Positions 44,532-55,111 of a stretch of 61,083 bases of DNA are shown piece by piece (the stretch's first letter is position 1; every line of letters begins with the position of its first letter). Source of the DNA: Acidimicrobiia bacterium (lineage in GTDB: Bacteria; Actinomycetota; Acidimicrobiia; Acidimicrobiales; SZUA-35); assembly GCA_003231975.1 (NCBI GenBank), contig QIKW01000270.1, forward strand, positions 1-61,083, read 5' to 3'. A program made the translations under genes and the position numbers. Below the pieces are notes generated by a model. It made no database searches. It was given only the letters and a program-made list of their open reading frames with translations, and was not told the origin of the DNA.

Positions 44532-47500
44532 ATGTTTCGCCGAATTCCCGCCGCGCTTGCGAGCTTCGTAGTGTTTGCTGCGCTGGTTACCGTTCCACTA
44601 GTCGGTGGAACACCTGCTGCCGAAGCTGCCGCAGACGACAACTTCTCACTAACCAAGTCAGACAGTGTTGGCGGCGAGGCCCTCATTGGAGAGAACGTTA
44701 CCTACACCCTCACCGCATCTGGCACGCAGTCTTCAGCTGCGTATCTGTACAACCTGTCGTTCCGGGATGTGCTGCCTGCCGGTGTGTCCTTCGTTTCGGC
44801 CGATCCGGCTCCGACTGCAATTCTGAGCGACGTCCCAACCGCCGGACAGACCACGCTCATCTGGGAAAACACCAGCGACCTGCCTGCGGCTTCCAACGCA
44901 TCCGTTAGCTACACAATCGACACCAACCCAGACTTCGCCGGTGGCACTTCTGGCTCCGGCACCGTTCCTGTTGGCGCAACCGTTCCCAACTCAGCTCAAG
45001 CAGTGGCATCCCTGAACGCATTCCTAATCCCAGACTGGAGCCCAACCACTGGTGCCTTCACCGGCGACTTCGACGGCGAAGCCAGCGCCACCAACTCTCT
45101 GAACGTTATTGCGTTCCGCGTTACGAAGAGCGGCCCCGGCGAGTTGCTGCGCGGCGTGCACGACAACGGCTTCGGCGGCCGCAGCGGCTCCGCCGGAGAC
45201 ACATTCACAATCGAGATCCGTAACAATCCGGACTACGCAACCAACTCGGTCTCACTTCTAGACGTGCTTGACCCTCAGCTCGAGTTCTTGGGCTGCGCTA
45301 GTTATTATCCGCTAGGCGACGACAACTCAACCGACGTGCCTTTCCGAGAGTCCGCGGCGGCCCCAGATGAGGAATGGGCGGGCTCGGGCCAGATGGCAAC
45401 AGGAGCAGGCACCTGCACCACACCAACTTCGGTTGACACCGTCGACGCAGGCATCGGCGGCGGTTTGGCCAACACCGAGGTTCTCTGGGACCTCGGGAAC
45501 CTCGCGCCAAACGATGTGGTCACGGTTCAGTACCTTGCCGGTATCCCAATGCGGGCCAACACAACCACCTGGACCACCGTTGGTGGCCAACCCACAGCGG
45601 CCTCACTGGATCAGGGCCGCAACCTCGACAACAACTCGGGCCCCTCGACCAACGAGTTGGACCGAACGCTGAACGCAGACCCCGAACTACTGACCGACGG
45701 TGCGCCCGCCATTGCCAACACAGCAACTGCCAGCGGCACCTACACGCCGTCTGGCGCTGTTGCCACCGACACCGACATCCTCCAGACCGAGGCTGAAGAC
45801 ATCATCATCACGAAGAGCGCGGCGGGAACCTTGAACCACGGAGCGGTGATCTCGAACCAACTTACGGTCACGACTGGCGAGTACCGAGACTTCACCAGCT
45901 TGGTGGTTCGAGACCTTCTGCCAAGTGCGCTTTGTTACACCGGCGGCTTTGGGTCAGACAACACCCCGGGCGGCTCAGACTGGAACAGCAACGACTGCTC
46001 GGGAGCAGGCAGCGGAGCTGGCAGCTCTACCTCGGTGCGAGAAATAGCGGCGGGCGGGCCGTACGGTACCGGCCGATTCGAGATCGTCTGGGACCAAACA
46101 AGCGTGCCAGGTTTGGCCGACCTGGACAGCGACTCTTCGATCACAATTGGCTACGACGCTGTGGTCCGCACCGACTACCGCGGTGGCCTTGCCAGGCTTA
46201 CAGCAGAACCCGTTCTAGCTGGCGACTCTGTCACCAATGTGGCTGAGGTTTCCGGGCCAGACTTTGTGGTTGCCGCCCACGTCAACGACGGAGGCGCAGA
46301 CGACGAGGCTGACGGCGGGATCGACGGAGACACCACGTCTGCCAGCTTGTCCAACAGCCTGCCAAATATCAACAAGCGCATCTCGGCCAAGGCCGGGCCC
46401 CTAGCCACCGGCAGCAACGTAACTGGCGCGGTCTGCGGTGCTTCTTATGGCTCGATCACCTGGCAAGACACCGTTGCCACTGGCTTCGGCCCTGGCGAAA
46501 TCGTGTGTTTCGAACTGGGAGCAAGCTTTCCAAGCACAATCGACTACGAGAACGTCGTAATCCAGGACCTCCTACCTCCCGGCTACACCTACGTTGCCGG
46601 ATCAGCAGCCAGGATCGCCTCGATCGATGACCTCCCGGGAACAACATTTGACGCCACCACCCTCCGCTGGAACCTCGGAACGGTTAACAACCCCGGGCAC
46701 CAGTTCCGTTGGGTAATTGCTGTGCAGATTGGTGTGCCAGACGACGGTGTTGCACTTGACATCAACGCCAACCTCCAGAAGATGACCCACAACCAAAGCG
46801 CCGGGACCGTGTTCCAGTACCGAGACGAGGTGCCTGCTGAGTGGACCGAACCCCAGCTTGACCTGGCAAAGGGAGTTCAGAACGTTGACGCTCCAGACAA
46901 CACGCTTGACCTTGGACCGAACGGAATCGACTTTGACGGATCAACCACCGGTGGATCGACCTCGGTTCAGGTTCAGGCAGATGCGGTTGTCACCTTCAGG
47001 GTTGATGTTTCCAACGACGGGAACGAGCCCGCCCTGGCCGTTGAGGTCTGGGACCGAATTCCAACCGGCTTCACCTGCACAAACGTTTCAGCCATCAGTG
47101 CCGGCGGCTCATGTTCGGCCGGGCTTATCAGCTGGACAGTGCCAACGATCACGTCGGCGACACCAGCTCAGCTCACCTACGACCTTACAGTTCCAGCCGA
47201 CGTTGTTGCCGACGAGAGTTGGACCAACGAGGCAGGCGTGCGCACCTACCAGGCCGCGCTCAACTCAGACACCGCAGCCGACTCTGATCCGAACACCAAC
47301 GGCGGCCGCTACGACTACTACCCCCGCAACAACATCGACCCAACCGTTACATCCAACACCGATGACGCCGACGACGTGGCATTCATGTTCACCGCCGCCC
47401 CGTCTCTGGCCAAGGCTCAGGCCTCCGGTATCAGCGAAGCTGGCAACCCAAGCAATGGCACGCCCGCTGCTGGCCTGGACCGGGCAACGATCGGCGAGAT

Positions 47501-50500
47501 CAACCAGTACGAACTCCAGCTGACCATCCCCGACGGAACCGCCGTCTACAGCGGCGTGCTGAGCGACTTCCTGCCAACGGGCCTCACCTACTTCGAGGGG
47601 CTTGCGGCCTTCGGCGGCAGCGATCAAGTTCTGACCCCAACGGTCGTCTCCACCGATTCTGATGTTGATGGAGACGCCCTTGGTGGCGGCACCCTCAGCA
47701 CCCCGGCCGTTGGCTCTGGCGGGGCCTTGGTCTACACCCTGCCTGCCGACTACAGGAACCCGGCCGGATCCGGCGACGACACCGTAACGGTCACGTTCTA
47801 CGTGCAGGTTGCAAGCGGCGCGGCTGGCACCACTAGGAACAACCGCGGCCGGTTCGATTGGGACGATCTGGGCGGCACGGCCCAAACCAGAGTGGATAGT
47901 AACAACGCCCGACTGCGTCTGGTTGAGCCATCACCCTCGGTGACAAAGAGCCACACCTCCCCCGTTGGTAACAACGTGGCGCCAGGCGACACCATCACCT
48001 ACCGAATTGACGTTGCGAACGCTTCAGGTTCCAACCGCTCAGTTCTCCACGACGTAACCGTTGTTGATGACGTACCCATTGGCACAACCCCGCTTCAGGC
48101 CGGCGGCGTCCCCGCAATCGCAGACGGCGACCTGATTCCCAGCACAGGCATTAGCCCAGCAGGCTCATTCAACGGGGTCTGGAGCCAGACCAATCGCCAG
48201 ATCACCTGGACGCCTTCAAACTGGGCTCCCCTGGTTTCGCTCGATCCCGGCGTTACCCGTAGCTTCACATACCAAACCGCGGTGGACGATCCAGCTACCG
48301 CCAGCGGCACTCTTTTGAACACCGCATCCATCACCGGATCGAACCTGGCGACGGCCGATCCGAACTTCGCAGACGGTCGCACCTATAACGATTCAGACAC
48401 CGATCTGGTCAACCTGCCAGCGGCAACCATTGTGAAAGACATTGAGCCGTTGCCGTCAGACTCCACAGACCGGGCAACGGTAACCATCGGCGAGCCCCTC
48501 GATTTCGACATCGAGATCACACTGCCCGCCAACACCAGGGCCTATGACCTCACCCTGTTCGACCAGCTGCCAGCCGGCATCACGTTCGACAGCTTCGGGA
48601 CTCCTGCCCTTGGCGGCGCCTGCTCGGTGATCCCTGGCCTTGGTGCCCTGGCGGCAGGTGACATCGAAACGTTCGGCCCCGGCGTTGGAGGAGACAGCTC
48701 GCGCATTGCCTGGTTCCTTGGCGACGTTCTTGCCAACGGCTCAACCTGCACCATCACCGTTCCCTACACGGTCCATGTAGACCAGAACGCAGCCGACGGC
48801 AACACGCTCGACAACTCGGCCACCTTGGTGTGGAACAACACAGACGAAGTTCCTGACCAGTCACCGCCGTCACTGCCTGCCGGCTATGACGACCCGACCA
48901 GCTCCAGCTGGGACATCAGCGACGGCCCAGACGTAGAGTCGATCCTGGTGGTTGAGCCCCAGTTGGAGCTTGACAAGGATGTCACCTACGCATCAGGGGC
49001 CACGCTTGGCCCTTGCGATTCCACAGCAGGCAACAACCGCTTCGGCGCCAACGACACCGACACCGCGGCCGGGCTAACCAACGGCTGCGACGTTGAGTCA
49101 GGCGACCAACTTCGCTACACCCTTACCGTCACCAACTCTGGCACTTCGGGAGCCAACGACACAACCGTCGTTGACACCCTGCCGGTGGGATTTGAACCTT
49201 TGGTAGCACCAGGCGGAGCGATCGCCGCAAACGGCGCAACCATCGTTGGAGCCAGCGGCTCCGCTGGAATTTGGAACACCACCAACCGCACAATCACCTG
49301 GACCATCACAGGCCCAATCGCCCCAACAGGCGGAGCGGTAACGCTTGACTACGACGTGCAGCTTGATCCTTCAGCCTCGCTAACACAGGGCCAGGACCTG
49401 ACAAACACCGCCGACATTGGCACGTACTTCGGCCTTGACCTGGCAACCCGCACGGCTATCACGAACCCCGACGTTCCAACCTACGGCAATGCGCCAGCGG
49501 CAACCCGCGGGGCACTATTGCCAGATGTTGTGACCGTTGAGGTTCAGTTCCCTGAGCTCCAGATCACAAAAACCGCTATCGACGATGCAACCGACGCTCG
49601 CTTCGATCAGCCATTCGAGTGGCTGATCCAAGTTGAGAACATCGCTCCGTCAGCTTCGGCTTTCAACGTCGACGTTCGAGACCTCCTGCCTGCGGGCTGG
49701 ACCTACGTTGCAAACTCGGCCCTGGTAACCACCCCGTTCGGTGGGCCAACCCAAATCGAGCCCGCAATTTTCGCCTCGAACCTGACCTGGGACAACGCAG
49801 TTTCGGGCCCAGCACAACCTCTCGGACCCGGTGAGACAATCACTATCACTCTCGACGCGGTGCCAGAAGCAGCACTGCTGGCGCCAGACGTTCCAACCGC
49901 AATCACCAATACCGGCCCAGCCAACTTGCACACGAACAGCGCCGTGGTTACCGGTGAAGACTCCAGCGGCGCACTCGGCTGCTGCGACACCGGTGCTGGC
50001 ATCGTCAGCTACACCGACAGCGATTCAGCAGACGCCATCGTTCGTCGAGTTGACCTTGAGGTCTCCAAGGCCATCGTGGATTCTGCTCCCATCTACTTCG
50101 GCGACATCGTTACCTACGTGGTTGATGTAACCAACCAGGGCCCAAGCGACGCAACCGCAGTAACCCTTACCGACGTGTTCGCCCCGGGTCACGCATACCT
50201 CAGCACCACATCCATTGATGCAGGCACCTTCACCCCAGGCACTTCAACGTGGGACATTGGCACCCTGGCAAGCGGCGCAACCGTGCAGCTTGTCATCCAG
50301 CTTGAGGTCAACGCCGTTGGCCCAATCACCAACACCGCCCAGATCACAACCACTGATCAGTGGGACGTGGACTCCACCCCAGACAACGATGTTGAACTTG
50401 AGGACGACCAGGAAACCGTAACCATCACCGGCCTCGACACCGATCTTGGCAACCGTGTATGGCTGGACCTGAATGCAGACGGCGTGCAGGATGGAAGCGA

Positions 50501-53153
50501 GCCTGGCATCCCCGGTGTGAACGTGTACGTCAGCTGGACCGACGTGAACAGCGTTGTGCAGGTACGCAGCACCGTCACCGACTCAGACGGCAACTGGAAC
50601 GTTTCCGGCTTGCCTGCGAACAGACCGATCACCGTCACCGTTGATCCGTCGAACCTCGCAGCACCTGCCGGAACCGGCGGAGCGGGCAGCACCCTTCCTG
50701 CGGGCCTCTCCCCCACTTGGGAGTTGGCAGACAACCCCATCATCACCAACCCTCAGGCTGGTAACGGCCAGTCAACGGGCTTGGATCACGAAACAGCCGG
50801 GGTGATTCTGACCACGGCCAACAACAGCTATGTGGACGTTGACTTCGGCTACGTCGGGATCAACAGCGTTGGCGACGAAGTGTGGTTCGACGCCGACGCC
50901 GGCGGCGAACCCTCACCAGAGCCAGGCGACGTTGCCCTCGTTGGAGTTGACATGACCCTCACCTGGGCGGGCTTCGACGGCACCTTCGCCACCGCGGACG
51001 ACTTGGTGTTCAGCGACACCACAGATGGCTCCGGCAACTACCTGTTCAGCGGGCTCCCCGATGGCCAGTACCGGGTGGATGTAACCCCTGGCACGCTGCC
51101 AATGGGCGAAGTTCCAACCTATGACCTTGACGGTGTTGGCTCTGCCCACACCAGCGGCAACTTCAACTTGGGCGTAGGCCAGACTGCTCCGGAGGATCGC
51201 ACCGACGTTGACTTTGCCTACTCTGCCACAGGGACGCTTGGCGACACTGTGTGGGTAGACGTGAACCGCGACGGCGTGTTTGACGCCAACGAGGTCCCGC
51301 TTGGCGGGATCCGAGTTACCGCAACCTTCACCCTCCCAGGAGGCCTGGTTGTCAACCTCGAAACCACCACTGCCCCAGACGGCACCTACCAGTTCACCGA
51401 CCTTCCATTCGACCTTCCAGTAACTGTTGCGGTCGACGTCTCTACCTTGCCCCCCGGCTTGGTGCAGACATATGACCTCGACGGCTTGGCCACCCCAGAC
51501 ACTGCGGTTGCCACCCTCACCCAGGCTGTCCCGGTTCGAAACAACCTGGACTTCGGCTACACCGGCGACGGTGAGATCGGCGATCTCGTTTGGCTTGACG
51601 CCGATGCAAGCGCCACGCCTACTCAGGACGCAGGCGAGCCCGGCCTCGGCGGGGTTGGTGTAACCCTCACATGGACGAACCCAACCGGTGGAGCCGACAT
51701 GGTTCTCACAACAGTCACCGATGGCTCCGGCGCCTACCTGTTCGAGAATCTTCCCCCTGGGGACTACAACGTTGCCGTCGCCGGGCTACCAGCGGGCACC
51801 ACCCCAACCTTTGATGCCGACGGCGGGAACGACTTGATGTCTGACCTGACGCTCACTGCGGGCGAATCAAACAGGGACCAGGACTTCTCGGTTACCGGGA
51901 CCGGTTCGCTTGGCGACACGGTTTGGCGAGACACAAACGCAAACGGAGTGTTCGAAGCAGGCGAAAGCCCAATCGAAGGCGTCGACATTGAGATCACATG
52001 GACCGACTCGGCCACTAGCTCCACCTACACCTGGACCGAAACCACAGATGCCTCTGGCAACTACACCGTCGGCAACCTGCCTGCCGGTTCCTACACCGGA
52101 ACCGTCATTGCCTCCACCCTGCCTCCTGGCTACGTGGCAACCTTCGACCTTGACGGAGCCAACGACGGCACCGCAACACTCATTCTTGGCTCGGGCGAGG
52201 ATCGAGTGGACCTTGACTTTGGCTACCGACCTGAAGCTGACCTCGCCGTGGTGAAGAGCCACATCGGAGACTTCCGTCTTGGCGAGCAAAACGTTTGGAG
52301 CATCGCGGTTGCGAACAACGGCCCGGCCAGCGCCGTAGCTCCGGTCACAGTGGTTGACGTGTTGCCATCAACGGTCAACTTCGTAAGCGCAGGCGGACCC
52401 GATTGGGACTGCACCGAAGCCTCGGGCACGGTGACCTGCACATACGTCGGCTCCGGCGGGGTGCCGATCGACATGGCAAACGGTGCAAACTCTGGCTTCA
52501 CAATCACCGTTGAGCCAACGAGGGCTGCCGCGCCGTCGATCCTCAACACTGTCGCTGTCACAAGCCCAACCGACGACCCCGAGCAAGAGAACAACTTCTC
52601 GTTCGACCTCACCCGGGTTCCGCTGGCCGAGCTAGAACTTGAGAAAGCTCTGAACGGCAACCTCGAAGCTGGCGAGAACGCGGTCTACACAATCACCGTC
52701 ACCAACACCGGGCCGTCGGCAAGCAACGGCACGATCACCGTGACAGACGTTCTGCCTGCCGGGCTTACCTTCGTTTCAGCCAACGCCCCAGCCGGGGTTT
52801 CGTGCAGCGCCTCCGGTCAAACAGTTACGTGCGTGAGCGATGCTTCCCTGGCGGTTGACGCCACGTTCGCAGTGGAGCTCACGGTCAGGGTCATGGCTCT
52901 TGAGGGGCTTGCCATAGACAACGTTGCAGTTAGCAGCGGCGGCAACCGAGTGAACGATGCTCCGCTCTCGCCGTTGCTGGTGCCCGGACTAACTCAGAGC
53001 GCGAACGAAACGGCAACGGTTGGGGTCAACATTCTGGCGTTCACCGGAATGAACGGTGCCCTGATGCTGGGCGGCGCCCTTCTATTGGTCGGCCTCGGCA
53101 GCCTGATTCTGCTGGGTCGACGACGGGTTCTGGCCCCGGTACGGTCCAACTAG
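44532..53153 (+). CDS. Giant sortase-anchored surface protein (DUF11/isopeptide Ig-like repeats plus 5 SdrD B-like domains)
   Basis: Signal peptide; repeated K..G..YxxxVxN..V.D.LP.G..Y/F units; five G(D/N)xVWxD units; LAFTG, TM helix and RRR. Confidence 0.93.
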   Translation: MFRRIPAALASFVVFAALVTVPLVGGTPAAEAAADDNFSLTKSDSVGGEALIGENVTYTLTASGTQSSAAYLYNLSFRDVLPAGVSFVSADPAPTAILSDVPTAGQTTLIWENTSDLPAASNASVSYTIDTNPDFAGGTSGSGTVPVGATVPNSAQAVASLNAFLIPDWSPTTGAFTGDFDGEASATNSLNVIAFRVTKSGPGELLRGVHDNGFGGRSGSAGDTFTIEIRNNPDYATNSVSLLDVLDPQLEFLGCASYYPLGDDNSTDVPFRESAAAPDEEWAGSGQMATGAGTCTTPTSVDTVDAGIGGGLANTEVLWDLGNLAPNDVVTVQYLAGIPMRANTTTWTTVGGQPTAASLDQGRNLDNNSGPSTNELDRTLNADPELLTDGAPAIANTATASGTYTPSGAVATDTDILQTEAEDIIITKSAAGTLNHGAVISNQLTVTTGEYRDFTSLVVRDLLPSALCYTGGFGSDNTPGGSDWNSNDCSGAGSGAGSSTSVREIAAGGPYGTGRFEIVWDQTSVPGLADLDSDSSITIGYDAVVRTDYRGGLARLTAEPVLAGDSVTNVAEVSGPDFVVAAHVNDGGADDEADGGIDGDTTSASLSNSLPNINKRISAKAGPLATGSNVTGAVCGASYGSITWQDTVATGFGPGEIVCFELGASFPSTIDYENVVIQDLLPPGYTYVAGSAARIASIDDLPGTTFDATTLRWNLGTVNNPGHQFRWVIAVQIGVPDDGVALDINANLQKMTHNQSAGTVFQYRDEVPAEWTEPQLDLAKGVQNVDAPDNTLDLGPNGIDFDGSTTGGSTSVQVQADAVVTFRVDVSNDGNEPALAVEVWDRIPTGFTCTNVSAISAGGSCSAGLISWTVPTITSATPAQLTYDLTVPADVVADESWTNEAGVRTYQAALNSDTAADSDPNTNGGRYDYYPRNNIDPTVTSNTDDADDVAFMFTAAPSLAKAQASGISEAGNPSNGTPAAGLDRATIGEINQYELQLTIPDGTAVYSGVLSDFLPTGLTYFEGLAAFGGSDQVLTPTVVSTDSDVDGDALGGGTLSTPAVGSGGALVYTLPADYRNPAGSGDDTVTVTFYVQVASGAAGTTRNNRGRFDWDDLGGTAQTRVDSNNARLRLVEPSPSVTKSHTSPVGNNVAPGDTITYRIDVANASGSNRSVLHDVTVVDDVPIGTTPLQAGGVPAIADGDLIPSTGISPAGSFNGVWSQTNRQITWTPSNWAPLVSLDPGVTRSFTYQTAVDDPATASGTLLNTASITGSNLATADPNFADGRTYNDSDTDLVNLPAATIVKDIEPLPSDSTDRATVTIGEPLDFDIEITLPANTRAYDLTLFDQLPAGITFDSFGTPALGGACSVIPGLGALAAGDIETFGPGVGGDSSRIAWFLGDVLANGSTCTITVPYTVHVDQNAADGNTLDNSATLVWNNTDEVPDQSPPSLPAGYDDPTSSSWDISDGPDVESILVVEPQLELDKDVTYASGATLGPCDSTAGNNRFGANDTDTAAGLTNGCDVESGDQLRYTLTVTNSGTSGANDTTVVDTLPVGFEPLVAPGGAIAANGATIVGASGSAGIWNTTNRTITWTITGPIAPTGGAVTLDYDVQLDPSASLTQGQDLTNTADIGTYFGLDLATRTAITNPDVPTYGNAPAATRGALLPDVVTVEVQFPELQITKTAIDDATDARFDQPFEWLIQVENIAPSASAFNVDVRDLLPAGWTYVANSALVTTPFGGPTQIEPAIFASNLTWDNAVSGPAQPLGPGETITITLDAVPEAALLAPDVPTAITNTGPANLHTNSAVVTGEDSSGALGCCDTGAGIVSYTDSDSADAIVRRVDLEVSKAIVDSAPIYFGDIVTYVVDVTNQGPSDATAVTLTDVFAPGHAYLSTTSIDAGTFTPGTSTWDIGTLASGATVQLVIQLEVNAVGPITNTAQITTTDQWDVDSTPDNDVELEDDQETVTITGLDTDLGNRVWLDLNADGVQDGSEPGIPGVNVYVSWTDVNSVVQVRSTVTDSDGNWNVSGLPANRPITVTVDPSNLAAPAGTGGAGSTLPAGLSPTWELADNPIITNPQAGNGQSTGLDHETAGVILTTANNSYVDVDFGYVGINSVGDEVWFDADAGGEPSPEPGDVALVGVDMTLTWAGFDGTFATADDLVFSDTTDGSGNYLFSGLPDGQYRVDVTPGTLPMGEVPTYDLDGVGSAHTSGNFNLGVGQTAPEDRTDVDFAYSATGTLGDTVWVDVNRDGVFDANEVPLGGIRVTATFTLPGGLVVNLETTTAPDGTYQFTDLPFDLPVTVAVDVSTLPPGLVQTYDLDGLATPDTAVATLTQAVPVRNNLDFGYTGDGEIGDLVWLDADASATPTQDAGEPGLGGVGVTLTWTNPTGGADMVLTTVTDGSGAYLFENLPPGDYNVAVAGLPAGTTPTFDADGGNDLMSDLTLTAGESNRDQDFSVTGTGSLGDTVWRDTNANGVFEAGESPIEGVDIEITWTDSATSSTYTWTETTDASGNYTVGNLPAGSYTGTVIASTLPPGYVATFDLDGANDGTATLILGSGEDRVDLDFGYRPEADLAVVKSHIGDFRLGEQNVWSIAVANNGPASAVAPVTVVDVLPSTVNFVSAGGPDWDCTEASGTVTCTYVGSGGVPIDMANGANSGFTITVEPTRAAAPSILNTVAVTSPTDDPEQENNFSFDLTRVPLAELELEKALNGNLEAGENAVYTITVTNTGPSASNGTITVTDVLPAGLTFVSANAPAGVSCSASGQTVTCVSDASLAVDATFAVELTVRVMALEGLAIDNVAVSSGGNRVNDAPLSPLLVPGLTQSANETATVGVNILAFTGMNGALMLGGALLLVGLGSLILLGRRRVLAPVRSN

Positions 53154-53183
53154 GTTGGTCCGGCCCGGGCCCAGCCCGTAGCT

Positions 53184-54056
53184 CTAGCCCTTCAGCCCTG
53201 ATCCGGCGACACCTTCGATGAAGTGTCGCTGGAACAGGATGAACACGATCACAACTGGCAGCACCATCATTGTGGCGAACGCCATCAAGTCGGCCCACTG
53301 AACTGGCGGCACACCACGGAAGAACGTGAGGCCCAGTGGCAGGGGCCTGACCTCCGCACTTCGGGCGACCATGACCGGCCACAAGAATTGACCCCACGAG
53401 TACAGGAACGTGAGGATCGCAGCGCTGGCATACGCCGGGCGGGCCAGCGGAAAGACGACGCTGAAGAAGGTGCGGTAGGGGCCAGCCCCGTCGATCATTG
53501 CGGCTTCTTCAAGTTCCTTTGGAAGACCTTTGAAAAAGGAATAGAACAAATAGATGTAGAGCGGCTGAGCGATGAACGGCAGAAACTGCGCCCGGAGGGT
53601 GTCGGTCCACTGAATTTCAGACATCATCAGCAAGAGCGGTACGGCCAGCGCTTCGAACGGGATAATGATGAGGGCAACCACCAGCCCCAGAAGGAATCGT
53701 TGTCCTTTGAACTTCAGCCGTGCGAGGGCGTACCCGAACAGGCTGTTGACAAACATTCCTCCGATAACAATGACGGTGGAAACAATCATTGAGACACGCA
53801 GCGAGGTGAAGTAGTTGCCAGTGTCGGCTGCTGATGCGTAGTTGGAGCCTGCCTCGAACGGGCTGGGGTTGAACGCAGCCAGCGACGTCTGGTCTCTGAT
53901 CACAACCTCGTCTGCCTTGAGCGATCCGATCACCATGATTGCCACCGGAAACAAGAAGAAGATGGCGAACAACCCCATGGCAACATAGGAGGGCCAGACC
54001 CGTTTCTTGATGCCCTTTGACTTCGGCGGCGCAACAGCCGCGGCAACTGCGGTCAT
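53184..54056 (-). CDS. Carbohydrate ABC permease (MalG-type)
   Basis: GYALARL, ELEEAAMIDGA, WGQFLWP. Confidence 0.93.
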   Translation of the reverse strand: MTAVAAAVAPPKSKGIKKRVWPSYVAMGLFAIFFLFPVAIMVIGSLKADEVVIRDQTSLAAFNPSPFEAGSNYASAADTGNYFTSLRVSMIVSTVIVIGGMFVNSLFGYALARLKFKGQRFLLGLVVALIIIPFEALAVPLLLMMSEIQWTDTLRAQFLPFIAQPLYIYLFYSFFKGLPKELEEAAMIDGAGPYRTFFSVVFPLARPAYASAAILTFLYSWGQFLWPVMVARSAEVRPLPLGLTFFRGVPPVQWADLMAFATMMVLPVVIVFILFQRHFIEGVAGSGLKG

Positions 54057-54991
54057 AGATCCTTCGGTTCGAATCGTCGTTGGAAAATTGTGAGGAACAG
54101 CACCAGCAAGAAGAACAGAACGGCAATGGCTGACCCCTTGCCAACCTGGCCTGCCCCGAAGCCGGTATCGACCAGTTCGACCATGATGGTGTTGGTCGCA
54201 TCCACTGGACCGCCTGGCCTTGGCGGCAGGATCCAGACCTGGTCAAACAGGCGGAACGAGAGGATCATGGTGATGGTGATAACGAAGAAAAGCTGATGGC
54301 GGATTCCCGGCAGGGTGACGTTGCGGAACTGCCCCCAAGCTGAAGCCCCGTCAACCGACGCTGCCTCATAAAGAACGCGTGGCACGTCTTGAAGCGCGGC
54401 CAACAGAATGACCATTTGGAACCCAACACTGGCCCACAGTGAAACCAAGATCACGGCGGCCATCGTGTATGTGGGATTGTTCAACCAGTCCGGGCTGAAG
54501 GCGCCGAAGGTGAAGACCTCAAGAACAGTGTTGACCATTCCCGACGGGTTCAGCAGAACCAGCCAGATGATGGATGCCGCCGAAAGCGAGAACGTGATTG
54601 GCAGAAAGTAGACCACCCGGAAAAATACCGAGCCCCGCAGCTTCTGGTTGACCAGGATGGCCAGCAACAGGGCAAGGGCGGACTGGACCGGGACAGTGAC
54701 TATCGAAAAGACCAGGTTGTTCTTAATGGCCCCCCAAAAGCCCGAATCGGTTAAGACATCGACGTAGTTGTCGAATCCGACCCAACGAGTTGCCAGCGGA
54801 CTGAGCAGCTTTCGGTTGGTGAAAGACAATACGAGGGCGAACCCGAACGGGATCACCATGAACAGGGTGAGCAGCAACGCGGCAGGAAGCGAGAAGATGA
54901 TGCCTGCTGAGAAGCGCGACTCTCGCTCGCGAGACTGCGGCTCAGGCGAGCTTGGCTCCAGATCTCCAGTGGTGGCGGCGGGCGCCGTCAT
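54053..54991 (-). CDS. Carbohydrate ABC permease (MalF-type)
   Basis: VGFDNY, LAALQDVP..YEAASVDGA. Confidence 0.93.
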   Translation of the reverse strand: MTAPAATTGDLEPSSPEPQSRERESRFSAGIIFSLPAALLLTLFMVIPFGFALVLSFTNRKLLSPLATRWVGFDNYVDVLTDSGFWGAIKNNLVFSIVTVPVQSALALLLAILVNQKLRGSVFFRVVYFLPITFSLSAASIIWLVLLNPSGMVNTVLEVFTFGAFSPDWLNNPTYTMAAVILVSLWASVGFQMVILLAALQDVPRVLYEAASVDGASAWGQFRNVTLPGIRHQLFFVITITMILSFRLFDQVWILPPRPGGPVDATNTIMVELVDTGFGAGQVGKGSAIAVLFFLLVLFLTIFQRRFEPKDL

Positions 54992-55037
54992 CTGACGGTC
55001 CTTTCAGAGGGGAGACGGTTTGTTGTTAAGCGATGTT

Positions 55038-55098
55038 GGCACCTACCCAGGTGGAAGCGACGCTGGGGTAGCGGTTAACTGCCCCTTGGGCAGGTGCC
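55038..55098 (-). other. Intercistronic stem-loop after the binding-protein gene
   Basis: Minus strand GGCACCTGCCCA..TGGGTAGGTGCC 12-bp stem with one G.U pair; typical mRNA stabiliser. Confidence 0.55.
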
Positions 55099-55111
55099 GG
55101 ATTTCTTGGGG

